Positions 42,298 through 54,099 of a DNA stretch of 64,000 nt are shown here, piece by piece (position 1 is the first letter of the stretch; the number at the start of each line of letters is the position of its first letter). The notes below the pieces were generated by a model. It did not search any database and was not told the origin of the DNA. It worked only from the letters and a program-made list of their open reading frames with translations. Made by a program: the position numbers and the translations under genes. The DNA comes from Chiloscyllium plagiosum (lineage: Eukaryota), in contig NC_057718.1 of NCBI RefSeq assembly GCF_004010195.1, positions 28,035,974 to 28,099,973 on the forward strand, written 5' to 3'.

Positions 42298-42578
42298 CTG
42301 TCTCATGAGTGTAGATTTGCCTCCCATATTAGGGCCTGTTACAAGCAGGCAGGAAGCCTGGTTGTTACTGGGACCGCCGTCCAAATCGTCAACGTCCGTG
42401 CAGCCAATGAACACGTCATTCGGGATGAAATCCCCAAAAAAGGTTTTTAAGACACATGGGTGGCGCGAAGCTCGAAGCTCTAGGAACGGTCGCGTGTCAT
42501 CTTCAACAAGCATTACGACAGGTCTGCACATCGGCCCATCTCCACTCTGACTGTAGTGTGTTAGGCTCAACAAAACAT
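42298..42578 (-). CDS. MSH6: MSH6 exon 5 (DVLLSL...FIPND...[16 protein letters not shown])
   Basis: ttgcag| and |gtgtga, 281 nt; Walker A GPNMGGKS. Confidence 0.97.
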
Positions 42579-42689
42579 CTGCAAGAGTAAGACCACTGAG
42601 TTGAAGGCAATTCTGAAGAACCATACAAGAGTGACAATGCAATGAAATCTACAAGAATCAAACCTTTGTACCATTTCCTGGTGGCAAAG

Positions 42690-42910
42690 GAGATTTATAT
42701 TAACAATTGAGCTGCCAGAGGTGATGGTGGAGGCTGGTACAATTACAGTATTTAAAAGGCATCTGGATGTGTATATGAATAGGAAAGGTTAAGAGGGATA
42801 TGGGCCAAGTGCTGGCAAATGGGACGAGAGGAGGTTGGGATATATGGTCAGCATGGACAAATTGGACCAAATGGTCTGTTTCCGTGATGTACAGACTCTA
42901 TGACTATGTG
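42690..42910 (+). mobile_element. CR1 LINE 3' end
   Basis: gagctgccagaggtgatggtggaggctggtacaat...tctgtttccgtgatgtacagactctatgactat. Confidence 0.85.
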
Positions 42911-44690
42911 AAGATCAACACACAATGGCGCGGAAGGCGGCCATTCCCCTTGACTTTGCTGCCCTTTTCCCTATAATCTGACACCCTTATTGAAGTCTGC
43001 CTTGAAAACACTCAACAATTCAACCTCTACAGTAAACAACTTCACAGGTTCAGCATCCTCAAGAAATTTCTCATCTATCTTACATACCCACCCGCTTATT
43101 AGAGATTATGCCAACTGGTCCTAGACTGTCCCATAATGAAAAACCACCTTTCTGCATTTACCCTGTCAAGTAGTCCCTTAAGAATCTTATATCAATAAGG
43201 TCACCTCTCATTCTTCTATATTCCAGTAGGTTCAGGCACCTCCTATACCTTTTCTCATTAAAAAAGCTCTCTCCATATTTGGTATTACCAGAGTGAACCT
43301 TCACTGGGTTGCCTCCAATGCCAGCATCTCAATGAGATCAAAACTGTTTTCAGTATTCCAGCTGTGGTCTGACCATGGCCTATTTTTATGCTTTTTTTTG
43401 CCTTCCCTTACTACCTGAATTTGTACACTGGTTATTTGTGATTCATAGACCAGGGTTCCCAAATTCCTGCACTGCGGCATTTTCCGCTTAAATAATATTC
43501 AGCTCTTCTTCCTGCCAAAACGCACGTCACACATTTGCACATTATATCCTAAGTTTCATAGACAAATCAGCATAATTACCAATACACAACAGCCAAAGTT
43601 ATCATTGCTTAAGTTACTAATCAAATTGATTTATAAGCAGAGATTTCCTTCTTATAGAAAATATACTGGGATTTCCATTGACCAGAAACTGAACAGGACA
43701 CAAAGACACCGGTACATTGTCGTCTAAAGGACACCAAGCGCCTGTGCAGTCACAATCGCGCTGGCTTCAGTTTTACGGAGGCCGTCTCAGATTCATAACT
43801 GCTCTGAGATAGCACATTTCAGCCAGCTTCCCAAACGGAGGGCTGACAGAACATGGCAAATCCCTTTCTGAACACAAAGCAGTATCTTAGAGGAAGTCCA
43901 AGTGATCTGAGAATTCCAAAATATTTACAGCACATTCCAAATGGAAGACATTGCAAATTTAGCAGTTAGAAAGCATTTCCGTTTAGACCAGCAATAGAAT
44001 AAATTACCAACTGAAGTGTCAAATTAGACACAATCACACCTTGTAATTCACTATTGATTCACTCAGATGCGAGTTTCAAGTGCAAAATTCTGACTTACTC
44101 AACTAAGAGCAACAAAAAAAAAAATAATTCACGGTCTAAACACTGGGCTGGGCCAGGCCTGGGCTGACAGGAGACTGAAGGAGTTTGATCTGTTTGCAAT
44201 AGCACCATGAGAAGGGTGAGATAGGATCTGTCTGAGCAAGACAAGTTGGGGGATTGTAGCTGCTCTGTCCTGTCAGGTACCTCCCCAGTGCTGAGGAGTG
44301 AAGCAGAAACCACATACCACCAAGGGTCAGTGCGGTGTTCAAGCTCATCCTGTAAAATAGTGAGGAGACAGTTGCCCCAAGCTGAGAGTGGTCATCAAGG
44401 CCAATATGGGGATGTGGTGGCAGAGAGAGGGGCTGGGGTGGGAGCAGAGTGGGGTCGTTCAAAGAGTACTAAATGCAACCACAAACAGCTCTGGAAATGG
44501 AGATACTTGGGTGAAAACAACTGAATCAGCAGAAACTCGTTACAGGTCAGTCCTTGTAAAAGGAAGCAGTCAGTAGGCAGGGGTTATTAAGATGCAGCTA
44601 AATGGACATTGTGCCCCTTTTTCCTATTGACCCATGAGATTTCTTTAATCTTCCTTTTGACAGAATAAGAGGCTGCACAAGGACACTCAC

Positions 44691-47241
44691 CAAGGACAGC
44701 CATACAGTCAACTGCTGCCTGCCAGTTTTTGTAATTCTTGTCAAAGTTGTAGAAAAGCCTCCTCATGCAGTCCTGAAGAGCACTGTCCCGCCTCTCCTCA
44801 GCATTGTTCATCGTATCCAGCAGCTTCTCGATCGCTTTAGTCCAGTAACGTTTGTAGCCCTTTTTGGTCGACTTCAGTTCATAGTCCTCCGGCACGCGGC
44901 GGTCAGCGATGTTTTCGGGAACCTCCAGCTGATAGCGATTGCGGCCCGAGCCCCAGTAAACCATACTGCGGCAGCAGAGCCTCACACGCTGCGCCTCCAG
45001 GTATTCCTGCAGCTCCCGCTCCGTCTGTTTGATGTCGGCAAGGGCCTGGTCATAATCAGGGTCAAAGCCAGCTTTTGGAGTGATGACTCCAGTGTTCCTT
45101 GCCTTCTGGTGGTCAAAAGCTGTGTCCCATCTCTTCAGCTCAGAGGAGAGATCGGGGAAGAGGCCTTCGGCAGTGCTGCCTTTCAGATTGACAACCTCTC
45201 TGAGTAACCGAGACCGGAAGGCAGCCATAGACGGCTCGACAACCTGTAGAACCTCTTGGAAGACTTTGAAACCTTCCAGAGAAGACAGGAAGTCGGCGAT
45301 TTTCTTCTTGCTGTAGCTGGTCTCTTCGTAGAACACGGCGCGGCTGTCGGGGTGGTCCTTGCTTTTCAGCGGTGACCCGATGCTGTGGATGCGGCTCAGG
45401 AGTCGCTCCAAGTCGGGCACCTTCTTCAGCAGCTCGACGAGCTCTGCGACAGTGTTGGGCACAGCCATGAGATCCTCAATGGCATTGAGCCGGTCCTCAA
45501 TGGCGACAGGCTGGCACAGTGGGGCACACAGCCACTGCTTCAATAACCGCTTGCCAAAGTAAGTGCAGCAGTGGTCCAGCTGCTCCAGCAGGGTGCCCTC
45601 GCGGGTGCCAGTGGTGGCATTCTGCAGCAGCTCTAGGTTGGTCAGGGTGACGCCATCCAGTACAAGGCGCTGCCGCCCCACAGCGGGGCAGGTAGGGGAC
45701 CCCTTCGTGCGATCAGCAGACACATCCACGGGAGTGTACTCCTCGAAGTTGGCCATCGACAGCAGCTCCTGGTCGACGAGGCACCGCTTGAGGTAGAAGA
45801 TACAGGCGCCGAGGGCTGAGAGGGCCAGGTCATAGCCTTCGCCCGGGGTGAGGCCGAGAGAGTCAGTCTCGGACACCATCGGCCGCAGAGCGTCAGGCAG
45901 AGGGACCCCCGGCTCCCTCACTTCGCTGAAATAGCCCTCCTCGGCCAGCACTCGGAGGGTTTTGGAGGCGTCCCAGAACTGGGAGGCAGGCTGCAGGCCT
46001 TCCTGCAAGGCCGAGCCCAGGCAGCCTTTCAGAATCTTCCTGGTCTCCGCCGACGGGTTGCCCCTCTCGAAAAGCACCTGCACCGGGGGGTGATGTGCCA
46101 ACAGGGTCCGCAGGCGGGAGCAGTGCCGGTCGTCCACGAACTGGCCCACATGGAACTTGCCGACGGATGTGTCGACGAAGCAGACTCCATAGGAGCAGGC
46201 CTGGCCAGCCGGCTCAGTGCTCGCCGCTGCCTCCTTAAGGCACAGCAGGTACTTGCTGCAGCTCTCTGCTGCGCTCCCGTCCAGGACGCTGTACGTCTGC
46301 GTGCCCTTGGTGATGACCCGGCAGACCTCGCGCCGGACCACCCGGTCAAACTTGGTCGGGTGATGCAGTGACTTACAGCGGGCCTCCATCATCTCGGGCG
46401 TCTCTGTCTGCTCCACCCGCGCCACCTTGTAGCCCTTCTGAACCAGGGCGTCCGAGAAACGGCCAAAGGCAATCTCGGGGAAGCCCGAGTGTGCCCAGCT
46501 GCCTTTCATGAATGACAGGCCCAGCTCGGTCACGCCGGTGACGGCGTCCATGTGGTACAGCTCGTAAAACTTGCCGACTTTGTAGAAAATCACGGTGTCA
46601 AACATCTGGGACTTCAGCTCCCACCACCGCCGCATGCCCGGGGTGCACCTGCAGAGGAAGTCGTCAGGGACATACAGTGTGGACGGGTCATATTCGGGCT
46701 CACCCTCCTTTCGTCTCTTAGCGTCCTTCCTCTTGCCTGGTTTTAACCACTCTAGCTTCTCGTGGTCCCAGGTGGTGGCTGGCGAGGGACTGCCCGCTCC
46801 ACCGCTGTTAGACTGGCACTCTAAGGTCTCAGGAGTGGAGAATGCCGAGAGTCTGGACTTGGTGATTGAGGACACTGCTGCTGTCGCCGCTCTCTTGGGC
46901 ACCTCTGAGGGGGAGCTGGAGGCGCTTTTCTTCCTGGCCGTGCCTCCGCGTTTCCGCTTGAATGGTGTCTTGACTGGACTATCGGGGTCAGTCTCAGGAT
47001 CCGGCTCACTGAGCTCCCTCTCGTCGACCCCGCTGCTGCATTCCTCACTACTCCCGTCATGCTGCTCCGGCCTGAACTCCTCCTCGGAGCTTTCCGCGTC
47101 ACTGTCCGACTCCACCACCAGCCGCCGCCTCTTGGTTTTGGTGCTGGCCGATCGTGTGGTCCTCGACCTCTGCCCTTTCACCTTCTCGTCCTCACTGTTA
47201 TTTTCTTTATCTTCCTCGCTCGCTGCCGACTGGTCAGTCAC
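44691..47241 (-). CDS. MSH6: MSH6 exon 4 (2551 nt; mismatch-binding, connector, lever and clamp domains)
   Basis: ttccag| and |gtgagt; open frame with [13 protein letters not shown] (Phe-X-Glu motif), [14 protein letters not shown]. Confidence 0.98.
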
Positions 47242-47559
47242 CTGGAAAGGAACATTGAGGATTGACTCAATTCTCATCTTGACCCCCAACCCTCTGGCCA
47301 GTCCAAAGCAGCCCCACCCCCACCAACAGCCTGGCGTGACCAGTCAGCGAAACAGGAACAGGGGCAATCCAGCCCAGACTAATGGAACAGAAACTGTCAG
47401 ATGGGCAGAATCACCTGAGTGAAAGGGAGTCTCAGCAGTACAAAGCCGCCAGAGGCCATGCCTCATATTGGTACCGATGACAGAGTTAGGAATGGGGAGG
47501 AGGTACTGAAAGTATGTTTCGGAGACCTGGGGAGGAGGTTGAAAGGCAGGCTCTCTGAA

Positions 47560-48845
47560 ACAGTAATCTGAATTCCTCCCAGCCCCATGTACAGGGAACA
47601 GGGAAGCCAGCGAACAAACACATGGCTTCAAAGCCGATATAGGAGGGTGGGTTTCAAAACAGATTCTGGAGAAGATGGGGCCACGCAGTCTTTACCTGAA
47701 CAGGACCAGAATAAATATCCACACAGGCAGATTTGTTCTTGTTGGGGAGGCTTTAAACCAGATGGGCGAGAGGCATGGTAACCAGAGGGAAAATTCTTGA
47801 CAGGGAATGGGAAACAGAAATCTAGGTGAGCAACTCAGAGAGAGAAGTTCAATACCATACAGCGCAGGAATATAGTAGCATTAAAAGGTATTTATGTAAA
47901 CATGAGAGTATAGTGAACAAAGCCAGTGATCGGAGAGCACAGATCAACAGGCAATAGTATTGCAGAAACAGAAATGCAGCTTAAAGAGAAGTAAAACATC
48001 CTGGGGGGGGGGGGGGGAGAAAAGAGAGGGGTGGAATGGTCAGGCGGGATAAAAGATGGGGTAAGAAAGTTTGAGGCATTATTAGCTACATTATCCAGCT
48101 AGCAGGAAGTATGCAATAGCCTCATTTAGTATATGGGTTCAGCCCAGAAAGAAAAAAGATGGCAGTCACATTGGGAGGTGTGCGCCATAGAACCCCAACA
48201 AGGGACAGTTCGAGGAGCAAGTGGACAGACTAATTTCTGAGCACAAAGAAAAGCTAAGAACTGTGGTCACTTCAACTACACAAATATCAACTGACAGGCA
48301 CAAAATTCTTCAACACTGCTCGATAACATTTTTTAAGCTAACACATGAGAAATCCAATAAGAGAAAAGGTAGCAAAGTTCAGTCTCAGGAAAGGTGTCAC
48401 GCAGGACGTAGCAACAGTGGGGGACCATTTTGGAGATAGTAGTCATAATACAGTTAGATTTAGCATCATTAGAGGAAGTGAGAAATAGAGAGAAACAAAC
48501 ATTCCAAACTGAGGGAAGGCAAACTATAGAAAGCTGAAAAATGATCTGGTAAATGTCAACTGGGTACAGATACTTCAAGAAAGGTCAGTAACAAATCAAT
48601 AAGAAACAGCCAAAAGTGAGATTCAGCAAGGACAACGTTGACACAATCTCACAAAACATTCTGCTAAATCCAGAGCTCTGTGGTTATCCCAAAGCATACA
48701 GAGTAAGATCAAGCTGAAAAAAAGTTCATGAAACCTCAGACTACAGGAAGTACAGGGTGAACGGACACAGGAAATTAGGAGAACACAAAACAGGAAGTAG
48801 TACCACTGATAAAATTAAGCAAAATACACACGTATATTAAGAGCA
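47560..48845 (+). mobile_element. Old, heavily decayed CR1-like fragment (ORF1/EN region)
   Basis: gaacaaacacatggct...aggagggtgggtttc...tttacctgaacaggacca resembles the ORF1 end of the other CR1 copies. Confidence 0.45.
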
Positions 48846-48847
48846 AG

Positions 48848-48965
48848 AGCTGAGATTAGAGAGTGGTGTTGGAAAAACACAGCAGGTCAGGCAGCATTCG
48901 AGGAGCAGGAAAAAAAAAATCAAAAAAAATCGACGTTTCGGGCAGGAGCCCTTCACCAGCAGGGA
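48848..48965 (-). mobile_element. Short PLE-terminal insertion with hammerhead motif (48929-48960)
   Basis: Same family as 3447-3546; CTGGTGA-A-GGGC tcct GCCC-GAAAC-GTC. Confidence 0.75.
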
Positions 48966-49029
48966 ACATTGAGAAATTTGCATTTGCAATCCTCACTTTT
49001 CGTCTAAGGCAAAGGCTGAGCCCATAAAA

Positions 49030-49710
49030 AACATGGGGGGGAAGTGAGGACTGCAGATCATGGAGATCAGAGCTGAAAATGTGTTGCTGGAAAAGCGCAG
49101 GTCAGGCAGCATCCAAGGAGCAGGAAAATCGACGTTTCGGGCATGAGCCCTTCTTAAGGATTGAGGAAAGTGTGTCCAGCAGGCTAAGATAAAAGGTAGG
49201 GAGGAGGGACTTGGGGGAGGGGCGTTGGAAATGCGATAGGTGGAAGGAGGTTAAGGTGAGGGTGATAGGCCGGAGTGGGGGTGGGGGCGGAGAGGTCAGG
49301 AAGAAGATTGCAGGTTAGGAAGGTGTTGCTGAGTTCAAGGGTTGGGACTGAGACAAGGTGGGGGGAGGGAAAATGAGGAAACTGGAGAAATCAGAGTTCA
49401 TCCCTTGTGGTTGGAGGGTTCCTAGACGGAAGATGAGCTGCTCTTCCTCCAACCGTTGTGTTGCTATGGTCAGGCGATGGAGGAGTCCAAGGACCTTCAT
49501 GTCCTTGGTGGAGTGGGAGGGGGAGTTGAAGTGTCGAGCCACGGGGTGGTTGGGTTCACGGAGGGAGTGGTCTTTTCGGAACGCTGATAGGGGAGGGGAG
49601 GGAAATATATCCCTGGTGGTGGAAATGACGACGGATGATACGATGTATATGGAGGTTGGTAGGGTGGTAACCTCCATATACATCGTACTCACCTACCACC
49701 CCACCAACCA
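49030..49710 (-). mobile_element. Penelope-like element 3' part (GIY-YIG C-terminus plus terminal region)
   Basis: HPVARHFNSPSHS...RLEEEQLIFRLGTLQPQGMN; YHPTNL motif; hammerhead at 49127-49162. Confidence 0.9.
49127..49162 (-). ncRNA. Minimal hammerhead ribozyme motif with G5 substitution
   Basis: AATC-CTTAAGA-A-GGGC tcat GCCC-GAAAC-GTC-GATT; perfect 4-bp stems I and II. Confidence 0.7.
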
Positions 49711-50579
49711 GACCATATTTCGCTGTGGAGAGATCAGTTACCTGGAGCACAGATTTAAGGTGATCAGGTGAAGGATTACAGGGGACACAGAGAAGCTTTT
49801 TCACCCATTGGATGGTGGGTGTCTGGAATTCATTGCCCACTTTGGAGCTTGAGGAACTTAAAAGGAACCAGGATATGGCTCAGAGCCTGAAGTGCTTTAA
49901 CCTGCAAGGCCATTGCCCAAGGTGCCAGGAAACAGGTGGCTAGGCTTTCCAGCCAGTGCAGAGTGGGCCGAATGGCCTTTCTGTGCCATAAGCTTGTATT
50001 GTTTCAATGGAGTCCAGCTGCTAGTTGTCCAAAGGACAGCAATCTCTACAACTTGGCATTCTGAGGCAGAAGGGCAAAAGAATGAACAAACAGTGGAAAC
50101 ATTCAGTGTCGGGAACTGGAACACATTTACTGGAAAGTGGCAAGTTTAATACGTTGGAATAAATTGACCTGTAAGTTGCTGGACTATAGCCTACCCTTCG
50201 ATACTGACACAAAGTGATAGAGGTATTGGGAGGGCTGGTGTAAGAGATGTTCAGTGTTGTTCGCATGAGTGCTTCAAGCCACATGATACATATATTCGCA
50301 TGGAGCTCCAAGTACAACTGCAACTAAAACAATCAGATTACTTCAAGATCAGTGACTGTTCTAGAGACAGAGGAAGCAGTACCTCATGTGGTCACCCAAT
50401 CTGAAAGGGCAGGAATTCCCACCTTTTCACCTCCTGTGAATTTCAGGGCACTGCTGCCTAGCTCAGATCAACTCATTTCAGCACTGGCTAGAGGAATCAA
50501 ATTTGGGAATGTTCCCTGCTCAAAAGGGGCTGGCTTCTTTCATTCTGAAGAAGTTTAATTGAAACCATTGTTCATTTAC

Positions 50580-50752
50580 CTCCATTTCCTCCTCCTCCTC
50601 CTCTGGTTCGGAAGGTTCAGTACACACGGCCAAATCCAAACGTTTCTCTCTCGATTTTGGAAAAGCAGCATCTGCGAGCTCCACTGCCCTGCGGATTTCA
50701 GGTTTCCCACTGAAATAGATGCCACCCCTCTGAGCCTCCTTACACCCCGGAC
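50580..50752 (-). CDS. MSH6: MSH6 exon 3 ([20 protein letters not shown]...[15 protein letters not shown])
   Basis: ttgcag| and |gtaaat, 173 nt, phases fit exons 2 and 4. Confidence 0.95.
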
Positions 50753-50782
50753 CTGCAAAAAGAAATACAAACCTGAACAGCC

Positions 50783-51810
50783 ATACAGCACAGAACAGGT
50801 CGTTCAGCCCACAGAGTCAGAGGGGTACAGCATGGAAACAGACCCTTCGGTCCAACCCATCCATGCCGACCAGATATCCCAACCCAATCTAGTCCCACCT
50901 GCCAGCACCCGGCCCATATCCCTCCAAACCCTTCCTATTCATATACCCATCCAGATGCCTCTTAAATGTTGCAATTGTACCAGCCTGGCAACTCATTCCA
51001 CACACATACCACCCTCTGCGTGAAAAAGTTGCTCCTTTGGTCTCATATCTTTCCCCCCTCACCCTAAACCTATGCCCTCTAGTTCTGGACTCCCCGACCC
51101 CAGGGAACCCAACTCCTGTACTCAATACTCTGACCAATAAAGGAAAGCATACCAAACGCCTTCTTCACTATCCTATCTACCTGCGACTCCACTTTCAAGG
51201 AGCTATCAACAAATACAAAAAAAAATTGAATCCCATTTTCCTGCATTTGGTCCACAGCCTATGCCCTGGCATGTATACTCTGACCAATAAAGGAAAGCAT
51301 ACCAAACGCCTTCTTCATTATCCTATCTACCTGCGACTCCACTTTCAAGGAGCTATCAACAAATACAAAAAAAAATCGAATCCCATTTTCCTGCATTTGG
51401 TCCACAGCCTATGCCCTGGCATGTTAAGTGCTTTTCCAGATATTTCTTTAATGTTGGGTGAGTAGCTGCCTCCACCATGCTCTCAGGCAGCCTGTTCCCT
51501 GTTTATATCACCCTCAGGGTAAAGCGTTTCCCTCATATCCCCTCAAAACCGGTTTCTCCTCACCTGATGTGCTCTGGTCTTAGACACGTCTGCCATGGGA
51601 AGAGATTCTCAGATTTACTCTGTCTATACCTCAATTCTGTAAACCTCAAAATAAATCCCACCCAAAGGCCCAGCCTCCTCTGCTGTCGGGAAAACAAATC
51701 CACCCTGTGTAGTCTGTCCTCAACTGACACTCTGCATCCTAAACACCACCCTGGTATATCTCACCTATGCTCTCTCTAGTGCAATCATGTCCTTTCAACA
51801 GTGTAGCTAC
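50783..51810 (-). mobile_element. Nested CR1-type LINE 3' fragments
   Basis: gtacagcatggaaacagacccttcggtccaacc tail nearly identical to 58900-59060. Confidence 0.85.
51125..51424. repeat. Tandem duplication, 2 x 150 bp
   Basis: 51125-51274 versus 51275-51424, two mismatches seen. Confidence 0.95.
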
Positions 51811-51815
51811 CAAAT

Positions 51816-51929
51816 ACCACCCCTCTGAGCCTCTTTACACACCAGACCTGCAAAACCAAAAAGCGTTCCCCCGCTTACAGGTGCTAACCTGACAGAGCCG
51901 TACAGCACAGAACAGGTCCTTCAGCCCAC
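51816..51929 (-). repeat. Diverged duplicate of MSH6 exon 3 5' end, acceptor and flanking intron
   Basis: ccacccctctgagcctc(t/c)ttacac..c.gacctgcaaaa and tacagcacagaacaggtc.ttcagcccac shared with 50722-50812. Confidence 0.9.
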
Positions 51930-53130
51930 GTGTCTGTGCCGATCAACAAACACCAAAAAATGGGGCCTAACCAATGCTCCGTAAAGTTGCAACAAGTGTT
52001 CCCTGCTCCTATACTCTAGACCCTGGCTTCTGCTCTAGAATACTTCTGCTCTTTGGCAATGATGAGGTGTGAAAATGTCTGGCTCATTTACAACGTGATT
52101 AAATAATCAAGGGAGCTGAGGCAGCATCGTGTGCAGGGACTGGTAAGCAAGGAACTCATTCAGTACTAAAAGCCATGCCTTAAAACCTCCATGCCTCCAC
52201 CTCGAGAATAAGTGTAAAGGGATGGTGCAGGCAATGTGTCAGCATCATTCACCAACTATGATATATAACCTCATTTCACAGGAGAGAACATTTAAAAAAA
52301 AAGACAGGTACATGGATAGTAACAGTTTAGGAGGACATGGGTCCAACACCGGCAAATTAGACCAGTTCGATTTAGGAAACCTGGTCACCATTGGGACATA
52401 GGGTCTGTTTCCGTGCTCTCTCATTTACCAAATGAATAAACATATTAAACTGAGAAATATCACAAACAACTAAGGCCATGCTCAGATACAAATACCTATC
52501 AATGGAAATGCAGCACATTAACAACTGTGTTTCTGATTCTGTTACCAAATCACTAGAGTTTATAATCGTTGAGGGACTTATGCTGTTTTTCACAGGTTTT
52601 CAGGAAAATCTCTTCATAATGAGACTGACTAGCACCTAGCTTTCACCTGGGAATTCCCAATGTTCGAAAGAATACAAACTATGGAAACACAATGATGACC
52701 TAATAGTAAAGATTGGAAGTCAGATCAAAAGGTCAAACACAACCGATTCTTTAGAACCTCGTCTGCAAAATCTACATTGACACTACTGGGACAAGGTTTG
52801 CAGAGTCACACCAAATTATTCTCGACATTAACTGCAGAATTAATTTATACAGGTGTTTTGACAGAAACTGCTTGGGAAGCACTGCAGCCTTAAATTGGAC
52901 TTCTCTTTGCAGAATTTGAAGATTTCCAGTGGTTGACGGGGGAAGGGACAGCATGATAAAGAGACAAAAGGCTGAGCTACTATTTTCTAGGATCTACCTC
53001 TTGTTGATGTTGGTGCTGCACTGAGTCCAATTGGCTTACCAGTTATTTCCCCACATCATCATCTGGTCAATCACTGGCAAGGCATGCTAAATCTCGACAG
53101 AAATTGGAATTTAACTCCGTGATCTCTTAC

Positions 53131-53333
53131 CTGTGTACGACCTGACATACTTCACACTAACCCAGCCTCTTGTTGGAGGATCATCAAAGAACTGGACATG
53201 AATACGGAGAGACTTCCCTTTGCCCCTGAGATACTCCTCAGCAGTTGGGTGGTTATACACCAGGCTTGGCCACCACGGATACCCTTCCAGTTTGGCCCAC
53301 ACCAGATCTCCGGGAGCAAATTCACAAGCTTGG
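53131..53333 (-). CDS. MSH6: MSH6 exon 2, PWWP domain ([27 protein letters not shown]...)
   Basis: ctgcag| and |gtaaga, 203 nt. Confidence 0.97.
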
Positions 53334-53686
53334 CTGCAGAAAAAGAGCAGAGCAGAAAAATTCCTCAGCGTATCAAATCCTTTTGCTGGTGTAACTCATT
53401 TCCTGTACTATTACTGCTGCCCTGCCCCAATATCGACTATCGACTGTTACATTTGCAGGGAACAATCATTGCACTGAAAATGAAAGACGAGTGGACATAA
53501 GGGACGAGACACCATGAACAGCATTGAAGGCTCCCAAACCACACCACATTCCCAAGTGGTCAGCTGCAGATGCTGTACAAAGGCTTCGAAAAGAGCAAGA
53601 CGCTACGTAAATAAAGGTGACTTCCTGCTGCTTCTACCTTTTCAAAATATTATCAGAGTTACAATCTGAAATGGCGATATCCGGTA

Positions 53687-53736
53687 CACCCAAAGGGCAG
53701 GGGGCTGGGCGCCACCCAAAGGGCAGGGGGCTGGGC
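53687..53736 (+). repeat. 24-bp direct repeat x2, G-tract rich
   Basis: cacccaaagggcagggggctgggc at 53687 and 53713. Confidence 0.9.
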
Positions 53737-53801
53737 ACTAACTACCCTAAACGGGAGCTCCCACCCCCCACCAGGCCAGGCCAGGTCCCAGCAGCACTCA
53801 C

Positions 53802-54067
53802 CCGAGAGCCGGAGGCCCGGGGGCCGCCTGCTTCTTGCCCGCTTTCCTCTCTCCGCCGGCGAACAGCGGACTGACGGTGGGGGAGGCAGCCGCAGCTCGG
53901 CACCTCTTGGCCGCCCGGACGCTGGTGCCATTCTGCCGGGGGGAAGTCTGGGCTTTAACCTTAGCGGAGGGACAGGAGGCTTCAGGGCTGGCCTTGGCCG
54001 CCGAGGAGGAGGCGCTGAGCGGCGGAGATTTAGGGAAGAAGCTGAACAGAGTGCTCTGCCGGGACAT
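53802..54067 (-). CDS. MSH6: MSH6 exon 1 coding part (MSRQSTLFSFFPKSP..., PCNA-binding PIP box)
   Basis: ATG at 54067, QxxLxxFF motif, |gtgagt donor, 266 nt, CpG-rich. Confidence 0.96.
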
Positions 54068-54099
54068 TCTCCCCGCTCCAGCTCCAGCTCCAACCGACC

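Noticed and set aside
46595..47422. 275-aa plus-strand ORF and other short ORFs over MSH6 exon 4
   Set aside because: Antisense or alternate-frame shadows of a GC-rich coding exon; low-complexity, no recognisable domain
48003..48017. Poly-G runs (also ~9282 and ~39511)
   Set aside because: Simple homopolymers, partly within decayed LINEs and prone to sequencing error; no functional evidence
51037..51465. 142-aa ORF with an internal 50-aa repeat
   Set aside because: By-product of the 150-bp tandem duplication of antisense LINE sequence
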